Source: Mobula birostris (lineage: Eukaryota). Taken from it: a stretch of DNA of 64,000 nt. The stretch lies in the NCBI RefSeq assembly GCF_030028105.1, contig NC_092380.1:114027191-114091190 (forward strand), read 5' to 3'. This document shows positions 27,150 to 38,651 of this stretch, in pieces. The position numbers and the translations under genes were made by a program. Under the pieces are notes generated by a model. The model did not search any database. It saw only the letters and a program-made list of their open reading frames with translations, and was not told the DNA's origin. Position 1 is the stretch's first letter. Each line of letters starts with the position of its first letter.

Positions 27150-27300
27150 TCACTGCTGGGAACTCTCTTCAGCCTTGCTGCCATCTTCACTTTTCTGAAT
27201 TAATGTGGCCTCCTGTGGGATCATGTTGGGAATGCCGTCAGTGACCGGATAGGCTATCCCGAGCTCATCGTTGATCAGCTGATTGGTGGACTCCTCATAC
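27150..27300 (-). CDS. PYURF: PIGY upstream reading frame (PREY; Trm112-like mitochondrial protein), coding part of exon 2
   Basis: Acceptor ...TCTGCAG|G at 27301; (R)YEESTNQLINDELGIAYPVTDGIPNMIPQEATLI...; TGA at 27150-27152; phase matches exon 1. Confidence 0.95.
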
Positions 27301-28250
27301 CTGCAGATGTGACAGACAGGGATTTGAAGAGGTAAGTGTAGATTCATAATGGACAGAAATGCTCTTTTTTTAACAAACATACAAATCTTTATTCAGTAAC
27401 AAAAGGCATACAAAGGTTAGTGATTACAATACTGTTAATGATTACAAATTAAGATAGTTATTACTATCTTCTATGCACCCAATTCCCTGGGGGGGGGCCT
27501 GCTCCTGGAAATCCCCCACTGAACCCACCTTGGTCGCATGCTCCCTCTCTAAGGACACCCTGGCATGAATGTAGCCCCAGAAAAGGGACAGGCAGTTAGC
27601 TCAGGCACAGCCCTTGACAGCTCACTGCCTGGACATCTTGGCCAGGCCAGGAGCAAAAATTCAACTTTGAATGCCTAAAAACTTAAACTTATGAAGGAGC
27701 AAGTTAAAGAACAAAAAAGTTATAAAAGAGCATTCAGGTATCGATGGGAGGGTCACATCCCAAAACCACAACCGTTTATTCATCTCCACAGATGCTGCCC
27801 AGCCTGCTGAATTTCTCCGGCATGTTGTGTGTGTTGCTCTGGATTTCCAGCATCTGCAGAATCTCTTGTGCTAATGTACAAATTGTCCCAAAAGATAACG
27901 TGCCAATGAACAGTTCCAGAAGATTAAGATGCTCAGGATCAAAGGTGACTTGGTTCAGTGGATTCAGAATTTTTGCCCACAGAAGACAGAGTGGGGTTGA
28001 AGCTCGTTATCCTCCCTGGAGGTCTGAGGCCAGTGGGGTTCCACAGGGCACCTCTGTCATTTATGATGTATATCAGTGACTTGGATACAAATGTGGAGGA
28101 TGGGTTGGTAAGTTTGAAGACAACACAAAGAATGGCAGAGTTTTTGGTGAAAAGGCTACAACAGGGTACAGAGCAGCTACAGACGAAACCTTCACTGCTT
28201 CAGTCAACCACAGATGTTACGTCCCAGCTACCCACTAGATACACAGGCGA

Positions 28251-28620
28251 GGGCAGTACAACATACGCAAGCCTGGGCAGTACAACATACGCAAGCCTGG
28301 GCAGTACGACATACGCAAGCCAGGGCAGTACGACATACGCAAGCCAGGGCAGTACGACATACGCAAGCCAGGGCAGTACGACATACGCAAGCCAGGGCAG
28401 AACGACATACGCAAGCCAGGGCAGTACAACATACGCAAGCCAGGGCAGTACAACATACGCAAGCCAGGGCAGAACGACATACGCAAGCCAGGGCAGTACG
28501 ACATACGCAAGCCAGGGCAGTACGACATACGCAAGCCAGGGCAGAACGACATACGCAAGCCAGGGCAGAACGACATACGCAAGCCTGGGCAGTACAACAT
28601 ACGCAAGCCAGGGCAGTACG
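28251..28620. repeat. 24-bp minisatellite (GGGCAGTACGACATACGCAAGCCA), about 15 copies, in the PYURF intron
   Basis: 8-aa periodic translation GSTTYASQ. Confidence 0.92.
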
Positions 28621-29289
28621 ATATGGAGATCAAGCTGTTCCCCGTGCAGTGGGCTCCCCCTCTCCTCGCAGCTGATGAACCCAAAGGAACGGCAGAGACC
28701 GATACAGTTTGGCACCAGCAGTGTTGCAGGAGTTGCCAGTCAGTATTGAACTCAATGTAGGACTGCCTTAGGAACCCCAGCTCTGGATTTTTCTTTGGGA
28801 TTTACTCCCGAAGCCTTCCCCTCGAGTGGGTATAGCCAAAGTGCAGCAGAGGTTTGAGATCAGCGTTTTCTCCTAGATGAGCTGCCAATCATGTCTGACG
28901 GGTCCCACCTGCCCAGAGTGACTGGTTTTAAGGAGCCATCTCCCGTCAGTAGAAATGGTTCCACTGAGCTTAGTAGCTAAGCCACGAGCGAAGGCCAGGA
29001 GTTGGCCTAGTTGTCAGAGGCTATTTGGGACTCATGCCATTGGGAGTATTTAATCAGCAGTGGGAGCTTGTCCCCATTACACCCCCTGACCCAGTGAATA
29101 CCTCCAACATCCTCCATCAGGTCCATGGTGTCGGGCTGAAAGGAGGTGTGGAAATGGATGTTGAGCAGTGACACTCACAGCCAACCAGCACAACGTCCTT
29201 CTCCATCATTGCATTCCTTTCACACAAATCTGACCAAGCAGAGGTCTCCAAGCACAAGATGCCGAAATCCAGAGCCCCACACACACACA

Positions 29290-30145
29290 CATTGCAGGAG
29301 TAGCTCGGCAGACCAGGCAGCATCAATGGAAATGGCGTTTCAGGCCCAGACCCTTCTTCCGGACTAGATAGGGTGAGATGCCAGAATGAGAAGACTAGGG
29401 GTGGGGCGGATAAGGAGGGCAAGCAAGAAGATGATAGGTGAGCATCTTCCCCAGGGTGGGTGGGAAAGGTAAAGGGCTGGAGAGGACCCAGGGAGAGGTG
29501 TAGGTAGGTGAGAAGAGTAAAAAGGACACTGTGGAATTGAAGAAGGGGCAGAGGAAAATTACCAGAAGAGGAGATCAATGTTCATGCCGTCAGGTCAGAG
29601 GATAACTAGATGGAATACGAGGCGTTGTTTCTCCAACCTGAGAGTAGCCTCATTATAGCAGAAGAGGAGGACGTGGGCTGACACATTGGAACAGGGATGG
29701 GGATAGGAATTGAAGCGGTTATCCACTGGAAAATTTCGCTTTTGGTGGATGGAGCGGAGGTGCTCGACAACCTGATAACATGAACATCGATTTCTTCTTC
29801 TAGTGATTTTCTGCTCCCCTCTTCTTCTGTTCTGCACTGTGGCCTCCCACCTCTTCTCCTCACCTACCTATCACCTCCCTTTTCCATTTTCCCACATTCC
29901 ACTCTCCTTTCAGATTCTTCTTTACCTTTTCCACCTATCACCCCAGCTTCTTACTTCATCCCCCTCCCCTCTCAACTGGCTTCACCTATCACCTGGCAGC
30001 TAGTCCTCTTTCTCCTCTCTCCACCTTCTCATTCCGGCTTCTTCCTCCTTCCTATCCAGTCCTGAAGAAGGGTCTCGGCCCGAAACGTCGACTGATTAAT
30101 TAATTTCCATTGCCGCTGCCTGATCTGCCGAGTTGCTCCAGAATC
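29290..30145. mobile_element. Penelope-derived repeat fragments in both orientations, in the PYURF intron
   Basis: GIY-YIG-tail-like segment (EKQRLVFHL, minus); pyrimidine tract plus CTGAAGAAGGGTCTCGGCCCGAAACGTC terminal motif. Confidence 0.6.
30057..30094 (+). ncRNA. Minimal type I hammerhead ribozyme motif (Penelope-type)
   Basis: CAGTC-CTGAAGA-A-GGGT(CTCG)GCCC-GAAA-CG-TC-GACTG: stem I CAGTC/GACTG, core CUGANGA, 4-bp stem II, GAAA, palindromic ACGU, UC cleavage site. Confidence 0.65.
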
Positions 30146-30294
30146 TCCTCGCTGGCCACCCCCGGGTTCACTGAATCGCTCCCCTCCTGTCTTGTGCAGA
30201 CACGGGTCCTCGATCCCCCACCTTCACCCTCGACCCCATGCACCGGGCACGGCACGGCACGACCTTGCTCACGGAACCCCGCGACCCAACCGAC

Positions 30295-30452
30295 CTCAGG
30301 CGCTTCCGGGACAGCGGGCAGACGAGGTAGGCGAGCAGTTCGGGGTCGATGCGGGGTTGCGGGTTCGCCCCTTGGCCCTTCCCTGGGCCGGTGCCCAGCC
30401 CGCGGACTCCCCGCACAATCCCGAGCCCGCTCCGAGCCGCCGCCCGCAGCAT
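30295..30452 (-). CDS. PYURF: PYURF exon 1 (mitochondrial-presequence-like N-terminus plus start of the Trm112-like domain); spliced CDS is 309 nt, 102 aa
   Basis: GCCGCCATG at 30452; MLRAAARSGLGIVRGVRGL...IDPELLAYLVCPLSRKRL(R); donor AG|GTCGGT at 30294. Confidence 0.95.
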
Positions 30453-30600
30453 GGCGGCACTCACCGCTGCACTTCCGGTTCCGCATCCGGGTAACGCCCT
30501 CCCGGAGCCGTCACGGCACCGCCCACTTAAAGGGACAAGTACCCCCCGCGGGCTAGGCCATTCAGCCCTTCCAGCCGCAGTTGGCCCTGCTCCATCCCCG
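30453..30600 (-). promoter_or_regulatory. CpG-island promoter/5'UTR of PYURF-PIGY
   Basis: CpG-rich from about 30150 to 30600; ETS/GABP site CCGGAAGT (minus, 30471-30478); GC-box-like CCGCCC. Confidence 0.65.
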
Positions 30601-31779
30601 CCAGTTCTTATTCACAGACTCCTTCCTTTCTCCATTCATCATCACTGACATTCCCCTTCCTCCATTCCCGAGACCACCTCCATCTCAAGGACACAGGTGT
30701 AGAATGTAAAACAGTACCGCACAGGACAGGCTCTTTAACCCACCACTAAAACAGTTACATTAGAATCCAAATGGCTAATGAATCTCTTCTGCTTACACAA
30801 TATCCCTATCCCTTCATTTTCCTCACATTCATGTGCCTACCTAAAGGCATCTTAAAGGCCCCTAATGTAGCTGCCTCTGCTGCCACCCCAGGTAGTGCAT
30901 ACCAGGCACCCATCACTCTAACTTGCCCCTCACATCTTCTTTGAAATTACCCCTTACCTTAAGTGCCTGTTCTTTTGTATTAGACAACCCTGTCAACCCT
31001 GGGAAAAGGATACTGTCTGTCTATTCTATCTATGCCTCCCATAATCTTATAAACCTCTATTAATTTCCTTTCAGGCTCTGCTGTTCCAGAGAAAACAAAC
31101 AAATTTATCCAAACTCTCATGATAGCACATGCTTTCTAATCCAGACAGCATCCTGGTAAACCTCTTCTGCCCCCTCTCCAGAGGCTCAGAGTCTTTCCTG
31201 TAATGAGGTGACCAGAACTGTATGCAATACTCCAGATGTGGTCTAACGAGAGTTTTAAAAAGCTGAAACGAATTTCAAAGGAGAAGTCTTTGCACTCAGT
31301 TACAACATTCTGCCCAGAATGGACAGGAGGAGTCATCTCTGTACAACAGGAGGAAATAAGAAATAGGAGCAAGAGAAGATCACCTGGCCTTCAAGCCTTA
31401 TTCTCAGTTCAGAGTAAATTTATTATCAGTATGTCCCTGGCAGGGGAAGATGTCAGCAGTATACTGGACATTCAAGAGTGTCAGGGAAGTGAACAATGTT
31501 TAGTGAAAATTATGACTGAGAAGGTGCTCAGGAAGCTTAATGGTCTGAGGGTGGATAAATCTCCTGGACCTGATGGAATGTGCCTTCGGGTTCTGGAGGA
31601 AGTAGATGGAGAGACTGCGGAGGCATTAACAATGATCTTTCAAGGATTGCTAGATTCTGGCATTGCACCGGATGACTGAAAAATTGCAAATGTCAGCCCA
31701 TGATTGAATGGCAGGGCAGACTTGATGGGCCAAATGGCCGCCTTCTGCTTCTATAGCTTATGGTCTTACAGTATGGTAT

Positions 31780-32065
31780 TAAGGCATCCGTTAGTCTTGC
31801 GAGACCAGGCCTGGGCAAGGTTGTATGGAAGACTGGCAGATGCCCATGCTGCAAGTCTTCCCTCTCCACAACACTGATGTTGTCCAAGGGAAGGGCAAGG
31901 ACCGATACAGCTTGTCTGGGCAGAATGCCAAGACTTCTCCTTTGAAACTCGTTGCAGCTTTTTAAGTGCCTTGCTCAAGGACACAACACGCTGCCTCGGC
32001 TGGGGCTCGAACTCACGACCTTCAGATCGCTAGTCCAATGCCTTATCCACTTGGCCATGTGCCCA
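31780..32065 (-). mobile_element. tRNA-derived SINE (same family as 10546-10845) with an internal replacement
   Basis: Reverse-complement similarity to the 10.5 kb copy. Confidence 0.8.
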
Positions 32066-32239
32066 CAACGGTCACCATTTACAACCCTGAGATTCATTTT
32101 CTTGTGGGCATTTAGAAAGAAACACAACAGAATCAACAAAAAGCTGAACACAACAATGACAGATAAACCAGTGTGCAAAAGACAAAAAACTGTGCAAATA
32201 CAAAAAGAAAACAAAATGATTATAATAGTAAAATATAAC

Positions 32240-33395
32240 AAAAGCAATAAACACTCTCGCTATACCCATACCAATGTATTCTTTTGGCAAATCGATAAGG
32301 AAATTTTACAACAAAAAAAAAACTGAAATGATAAATTTTAGAAAACACTATGCACACTTGAACACACTTAGATTAACACCACCCAGGGCAGCAGGAGGAA
32401 GAGAAATAACAGACATAAAACATTTATATCAACAAAAACAGGATTCATCACTCCACATGAGCATATTCAATTCTGATAAGCAGTACTCACCAGTACACTT
32501 ACTGTAAATGAGAACACAACCCAGGAAAGCAAAGAAATTATCACCACTGAAGAAAACGTTAACGAATGGAAGATCATGACCCTCCATGGAGAACATCCCC
32601 ACAATCTGAGCAGACTAGATGTCAACGAGGAAGCGGCAAACGCCCGGCTCAGAGTTGGAGACCTCGTCCCAAAAACATTGTGGCCTTACAGGGCCAGGAG
32701 CTTAACAAAAGAAAAATCAAACATGCAAAATGAAAGAACAACAAATTCAAGATGATAAATGCAGAAAATGCCAAGAGAAACCAGAAACAACCCAACATAT
32801 TACAGATTCCCGCAGCAGTTTAACACAATCTGATTACTTACACTGGCACAACCAGGTAGCAAACATCGTTCATCATAACCTTACTTTAAATTACAAACTC
32901 ATAAAAGGCACCAAACCTTACTATAAACACAAGCCTGATCCTGTTTTAGAATCAGAATCCTACAAATTATGTTACAGCTGATCCATTTTTACAGATAGGT
33001 CAATCTGTAATAACTGTCTGGATATAATACTATCCGATAAACAAGAAAGAACAACTTAATAGATACAGTATAGCCATTCCAAACACACACACAACATACA
33101 GAAGGCAAAAAGTGAAAAGCATTAGAAATATGCTGAACTAAAAGAGGAAATTGAAAGACTATGGAACATGAACAGGGTATACATTGTCCCGATAGTAATA
33201 TCTACAACTGGTATAATCCCGAAGTCACTACACAATAGCATTAAACAATTAGACCCACACAGCAATATTTATGTAAATCTCGAGAAAGTCACTATACTAA
33301 ACCCCACTAGACTAGTCTGAAAGTTCCTGGCAATTGAGAAATGGGTGTGTTTGGTTAAGCTGGCACCTCAGGTTTTACCAGCTTGAAATGAGAGA
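32240..33395 (+). mobile_element. R4/Dong-like non-LTR retrotransposon 3' fragment (zinc knuckle plus restriction-like endonuclease)
   Basis: DKCRKCQEKPETTQHI...DYLHWHNQVANIVH...PVLESESYKL, followed by degenerate DII...IAIPN...KYAELKEEI...VPIVISTTGIIPK. Confidence 0.75.
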
Positions 33396-34773
33396 AATCA
33401 ATATTAGTTACTTTTATCGTTATGGTTTGCAATGTATTGCTGCCACAAAACAACAACTTTCACGACATATGCCAGAAATTCAAGCAACACACACCAAAGT
33501 TGCTGGTGAACGCAGCAGGCCAGGCAGCATCTCTAGGAAGAGGTACAGTTGACGTTTCGTCAGGACCTGATTCGCATTCTGTTGATCTGACATTTCTATG
33601 TTCTAAGATCTCGTCTGGGATTGGAACAATTTGCAGGCAGAGGGGACGGGCTCACCATGAGGAGGTTGGGCCGTCTGGCCCGTTTACGGGTTGTAGCCTC
33701 TCTCTAATCAAAAAGTCTCTGAAGATTGATGGATGCTCTACTGATTCGAATCCCCTCCTGGAAAATCCATCATTCCTTCACCGGCATCTTTGTTCAGCTG
33801 TACTGCTGACAACTACGAGTCCCACGAGGGAAAAGATCTGCAGAGGAACAGAAAAATGTTGGAATATTTGACCACAGACAGATAAGTGTAGAGTAACTGG
33901 TAAGAAAGGTGGTTAAATAGGCCCATAAAGGCTATAAATTAAGATCTGTCACATGTACTTCAAAACATATACTTCTCATCAATCTACATCGATTTCTCAA
34001 ACTGCCAGTTGGACATCAATTTCACAAATTTCCGGTTGAACATCGATTTCTCAAACTTCCAGTAATTGCCCCCCTCCCCTTCTCCTTTACCATACCCCAT
34101 TCCCATTTCCCGCTCTCATCCTGTTTCCTCACCTCCATCCCTTTTCTTCCATGTCCACTGTCAGACTCCCCCTTCTCCAGCTCTGTATCTCTTTCACCAA
34201 TCAACTTCCCAGCTCTTTACTTCACCCCTCCCCACTCCCAGTTTCACCTATCACCTACCACCTTGTACATCTTCCTCCCCTCCCCCCACCTTCTTACTCT
34301 GATTTATAATCTCCTTTTTTCCAGTGCGGCTGAAGGGTCTCGGCCTGAAACATCAACTGCTTACTCTTTTCCATAGATGCTGCCTGGCCTGCTGAGTTCC
34401 TCCAGCATTTTGTGTCTGTTACTTGGATTTCCAGCACCTGCAGATTTTCTCTTGTTTGTGAAACACACAGTGAAATGTGTTGTTTGCATCAACGACCAAC
34501 AAAATCCAAGGTTGTGCTGGGGGCAGCCCACAAGTGTAACCAGCATAGCATGCCCAGAACTCCCTAACCCTAACCCACACGTCTTTCGAATGTAGGAGGA
34601 AACCAGAGCACCCGGAGGAAACCCACACGGTCACATGGAGAAAGTACACGTTCCTTACAGACAGTGGTGGCAATTGAACCATGATCAATGGTTCTGTAAA
34701 ACGTTACACTAACTGCCTCGCCATTCTGAAAGACAGGACAGAGAGGCAAAAAGAGACAGACAAAGACTAGAAC

Positions 34774-37700
34774 TGTACAACAGTCTGGTTAGTCCGACAG
34801 GAAGCAGTGTGTACAACAGTTTGGTTAGTCTAACAGTGAGCAGTGTGTACAACAGTCTGGTTAGACTAACAGTGAGCAGTGTGTACAACAGTCTGGTTAG
34901 TCTAACAGTGAGCAGTGTGTACAACAGTCTGGTTAGTCTAACACTGAGCAGTGTGTACAACAGTCTGGTTAGTCTAACAGTGAGCAGTGTGAGCAACAGT
35001 CTGGTTAGTCTAACAGTGAGCAGTGTGAACAACAGTCTGGTTAGTCTAACAGTGAGCAGTGTGAGCAACAGTCTGGTTAGTCTAACAGAGAGCAGTGTGT
35101 ACAACAGTCTGGTTAGTCTAACAGTGAGCAGTGTGTACAACAGTCTGGTTAGTCTAACAGTGAGCAGTGTGAGCAACAGTCTGGTTAGTCTAACAGAGAG
35201 CAGTGTGTACAACAGTCTGGTTAGTCTAACAGTGAGCAGTGTGAACAACAGTCTGGTTAGTCTAACACTGAGCAGTGTGTGCAACAGTCTGGTTAGTCTA
35301 ACACTGAGCAGTGTGTACAACAGTCTGGTTAGTCTAACACTGAGCAGTGTGTACAACAGTCTGGTTAATCTAACACTGAGCAGTGTGTACAACAGTCTGG
35401 TTAGTCTAACACTGAGCAGTGTGTACAACAGTCTGGTTAGTCTAACACTGAGCAATGTGAACAACAGTCTGGTTAGTCTAACAGTGAGCAGTGTGTACAA
35501 CAGTCTGGTTAGTCTAACAGTGAGCAGTGTGTACAACAGTCTGGTTAGTCTAACAGTGAGCAGTGTGTACAACAGTCTGGTTAGTCTAACAGTGAGCAGT
35601 GTGTGCAACAGTCTGGTTAGTCTAACAGTGAGCAGTGTGTACAACAGTCTGGTTAGTCTAACAGTGAGCAGTGTGTACAACAGTCTGGTTAGTCTAACAG
35701 TGAGCAGTGTGTACAACAGTCTGGTTAGTCTAACAGTGAGCAGTGTGTACAACAGTCTGGTTAGTCTAACAGTGAGCAGTGTGTACAACAGTCTGGTTAG
35801 TCTAACAGTGAGCAGTGTGTACAACAGTCTGGTTAGTCTAACAGTGAGCAGTGTGTACAACAGTCTGGTTAGTCTAACAGTGAGCAGTGTGAACAACAGT
35901 CTGGTTAGTCTAACAGTGAGCAGTGTGTACAACAGTCTGGTTAGTCTAACAGTGAGCAGTGTGTACAACAGTCTGGTTAGTCTAACAGTGAGCAGTGTGT
36001 ACAACAGTCTGGTTAGTCTAACAGTGAGCAGTGTGTACAACAGTCTGGTTAGTCTAACAGTGAGCAGTGTGTACAACAGTCTGGTTAGTCTAACAGTGAG
36101 CAGTGTGTACAACAGTCTGGTTAGTCTAACAGTGAGCAGTGTGTACAACAGTCTGGTTAGACTAACAGTGAGCAGTGTGTACAGCAGTCTGGTTAATCTA
36201 ACACTGAGCAGTGTGTACAACAGTCTGGTTAGTCTAACACTGAGCAGTGTGTACAACAGTCTGGTTAGTCTAACACTGAGCAATGTGAACAACAGTCTGG
36301 TTAGTCTAACAGTGAGCAGTGTGTACAACAGTCTGGTTAGTCTAACAGTGAGCAGTGTGTACAACAGTCTGGTTAGACTAACAGTGAGCAGTGTGTACAG
36401 CAGTCTGGTTAGTCTAACAGTGAGCAGTGTGTACAACAGTCTGGTTAGTCTAACACTGAGCAGTGTGTACAACAGTCTGGTTAGTCTAACAGTGAGCAGT
36501 GTGTACAACAGTCTGGTTAGTCTAACAGTGAGCAGTGTGTGCAACAGTCTGGTTAGTCTAACAGTGAGCAGTGTGTACAACAGTCTGGTTAGTCTAACAG
36601 TGAGCAGTGTGTACAACAGTCTGGTTAGTCTAACAGTGAGCAGTGTGTACAACAGTCTGGTTAGTCTAACAGTGAGCAGTGTGTACAACAGTCTGGTTAG
36701 TCTAACAGTGAGCAGTGTGTACAACAGTCTGGTTAGTCTAACAGTGAGCAGTGTGTACAACAGTCTGGTTAGTCTAACACTGAGCAGTGTGTACAACAGT
36801 CTGGTTAGTCTAACAGTGAGCAGTGTGTACAACAGTCTGGTTAGTCTAACAGTGAGCAGTGTGTACAACAGTCTGGTTAGACTAACAGTGAGCAGTGTGT
36901 ACAACAGTCTGGTTAGTCTAACAGTGAGCAGTGTGTACAACAGTCTGGTTAGTCTAACAGTGAGCAGTGTGTACAACAGTCTGGTTAGTCTAACAGTGAG
37001 CAGTGTGTACAACAGTCTGGTTAGTCTAACAGTGAGCAGTGTGTACAACAGTCTGGTTAGTCTAACAGTGAGCAGTGTGTACAACAGTCTGGTTAGTCTA
37101 ACAGTGAGCAGTGTGTACAACAGTCTGGTTAGTCTAACAGTGAGCAGTGTGTACAACAGTCTGGTTAGTCTAACAGTGAGCAGTGTGTACAACAGTCTGG
37201 TTAGTCTAACAGTGAGCAGTGTGTACAACAGTCTGGTTAGTCTAACACTGAGCAGTGTGTACAACAGTCTGGTTAGTCTAACAGTGAGCAGTGTGTACAA
37301 CAGTCTGGTTAGACTAACAGTGAGCAGTGTGTACAGCAGTCTGGTTAGTCTAACAGTGAGCAGTGTGAACAACAGTCTGGTTAGTCTAACACTGAGCAGT
37401 GTGTACAACAGTCTGGTTAGTCTAACAGTGAGCAGTGTGTACAACAGTCTGGTTAGACTAACAGTGAGCAGTGTGTACAGCAGTCTGGTTAGTCTAACAG
37501 TGAGCAGTGTGAACAACAGTCTGGTTAGTCTAACACTGAGCAGTGTGTACAACAGTCTGGTTAGTCTAACAGTGAGCAGTGTGTACAACAGTCTGGTTAG
37601 TCTAACACTGAGCAGTGTGTACAACAGTCTGGTTAGTCTAACAGTGAGCAGTGTGTACAACAGTCTGGTTAGTCTAACAGTGAGCAGTGTGTACAACAGT

Positions 37701-38651
37701 CTGGTTAGTCTAACAGTGAGCAGTGTGAACAACAGTCTGGTTAGTCTAACAGTGAGCAGTGTGAACAACAGTCTGGTTAGTCTAACAGTGAGCAGTGTGT
37801 ACAACAGTCTGGTTAGTCTAACAGTGAGCAGTGTGTACAACAGTCTGGTTAGTCTAACAGTGAGCAGTGTGTACAACAGTCTGGTTAGTCTAACAGTGAG
37901 CAGTGTGTACAACAGTCTGGTTAGTCTAACAGTGAGCAGTGTGTACAACAGTCTGGTTAGTCTAACAGTGAGCAGTGTGTACAACAGTCTGGTTAGTCTA
38001 ACAGTGAGCAGTGTGTACAACAGTCTGGTTAGTCTAACAGTGAGCAGTGTGTACAACAGTCTGGTTAGTCTAACAGTGAGCAGTGTGTACAACAGTCTGG
38101 TTAGTCTAACAGTGAGCAGTGTGTACAACAGTCTGGTTAGTCTAACAGTGAGCAGTGTGTACAACAGTCTGGTTAGTCTAACAGTGAGCAGTGTGTACAA
38201 CAGTCTGGTTAGTCTAACACTGAGCAGTGTGTACAACAGTCTGGTTAGTCTAACAGTGAGCAGTGTGTACAACAGTCTGGTTAGTCTAACAGTGAGCAGT
38301 GTGTACAACAGTCTGGTTAGTCTAACAGTGAGCAGTGTGTACAACAGTCTGGTTAGTCTAACAGTGAGCAGTGTGTACAACAGTCTGGTTAGTCTAACAG
38401 TGAGCAGTGTGTACAACAGTCTGGTTAGTCTAACAGTGAGCAGTGTGTACAACAGTCTGGTTAGTCTAACAGTGAGCAGTGTGTACAACAGTCTGGTTAG
38501 TCTAACAGTGAGCAGTGTGTACAACAGTCTGGTTAGTCTAACACTGAGCAGTGTGTACAACAGTCTGGTTAGTCTAACACTGAGCAGTGTGTACAACAGT
38601 CTGGTTAGTCTAACACTGAGCAGTGTGTACAACAGTCTGGTTAGTCTAACA
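34774..38651. repeat. 36-bp tandem array (GTGTACAACAGTCTGGTTAGTCTAACAGTGAGCAGT), about 107 copies
   Basis: Very homogeneous; point variants only; 12-aa periodic ORFs on both strands. Confidence 0.97.

Noticed and set aside
27958-28749. 263-aa ORF with GSTTYASQ repeats (ice-nucleation-like octapeptide)
   Set aside because: Chimera of a decayed CR1 fragment and a 24-bp minisatellite, antisense within the PYURF intron
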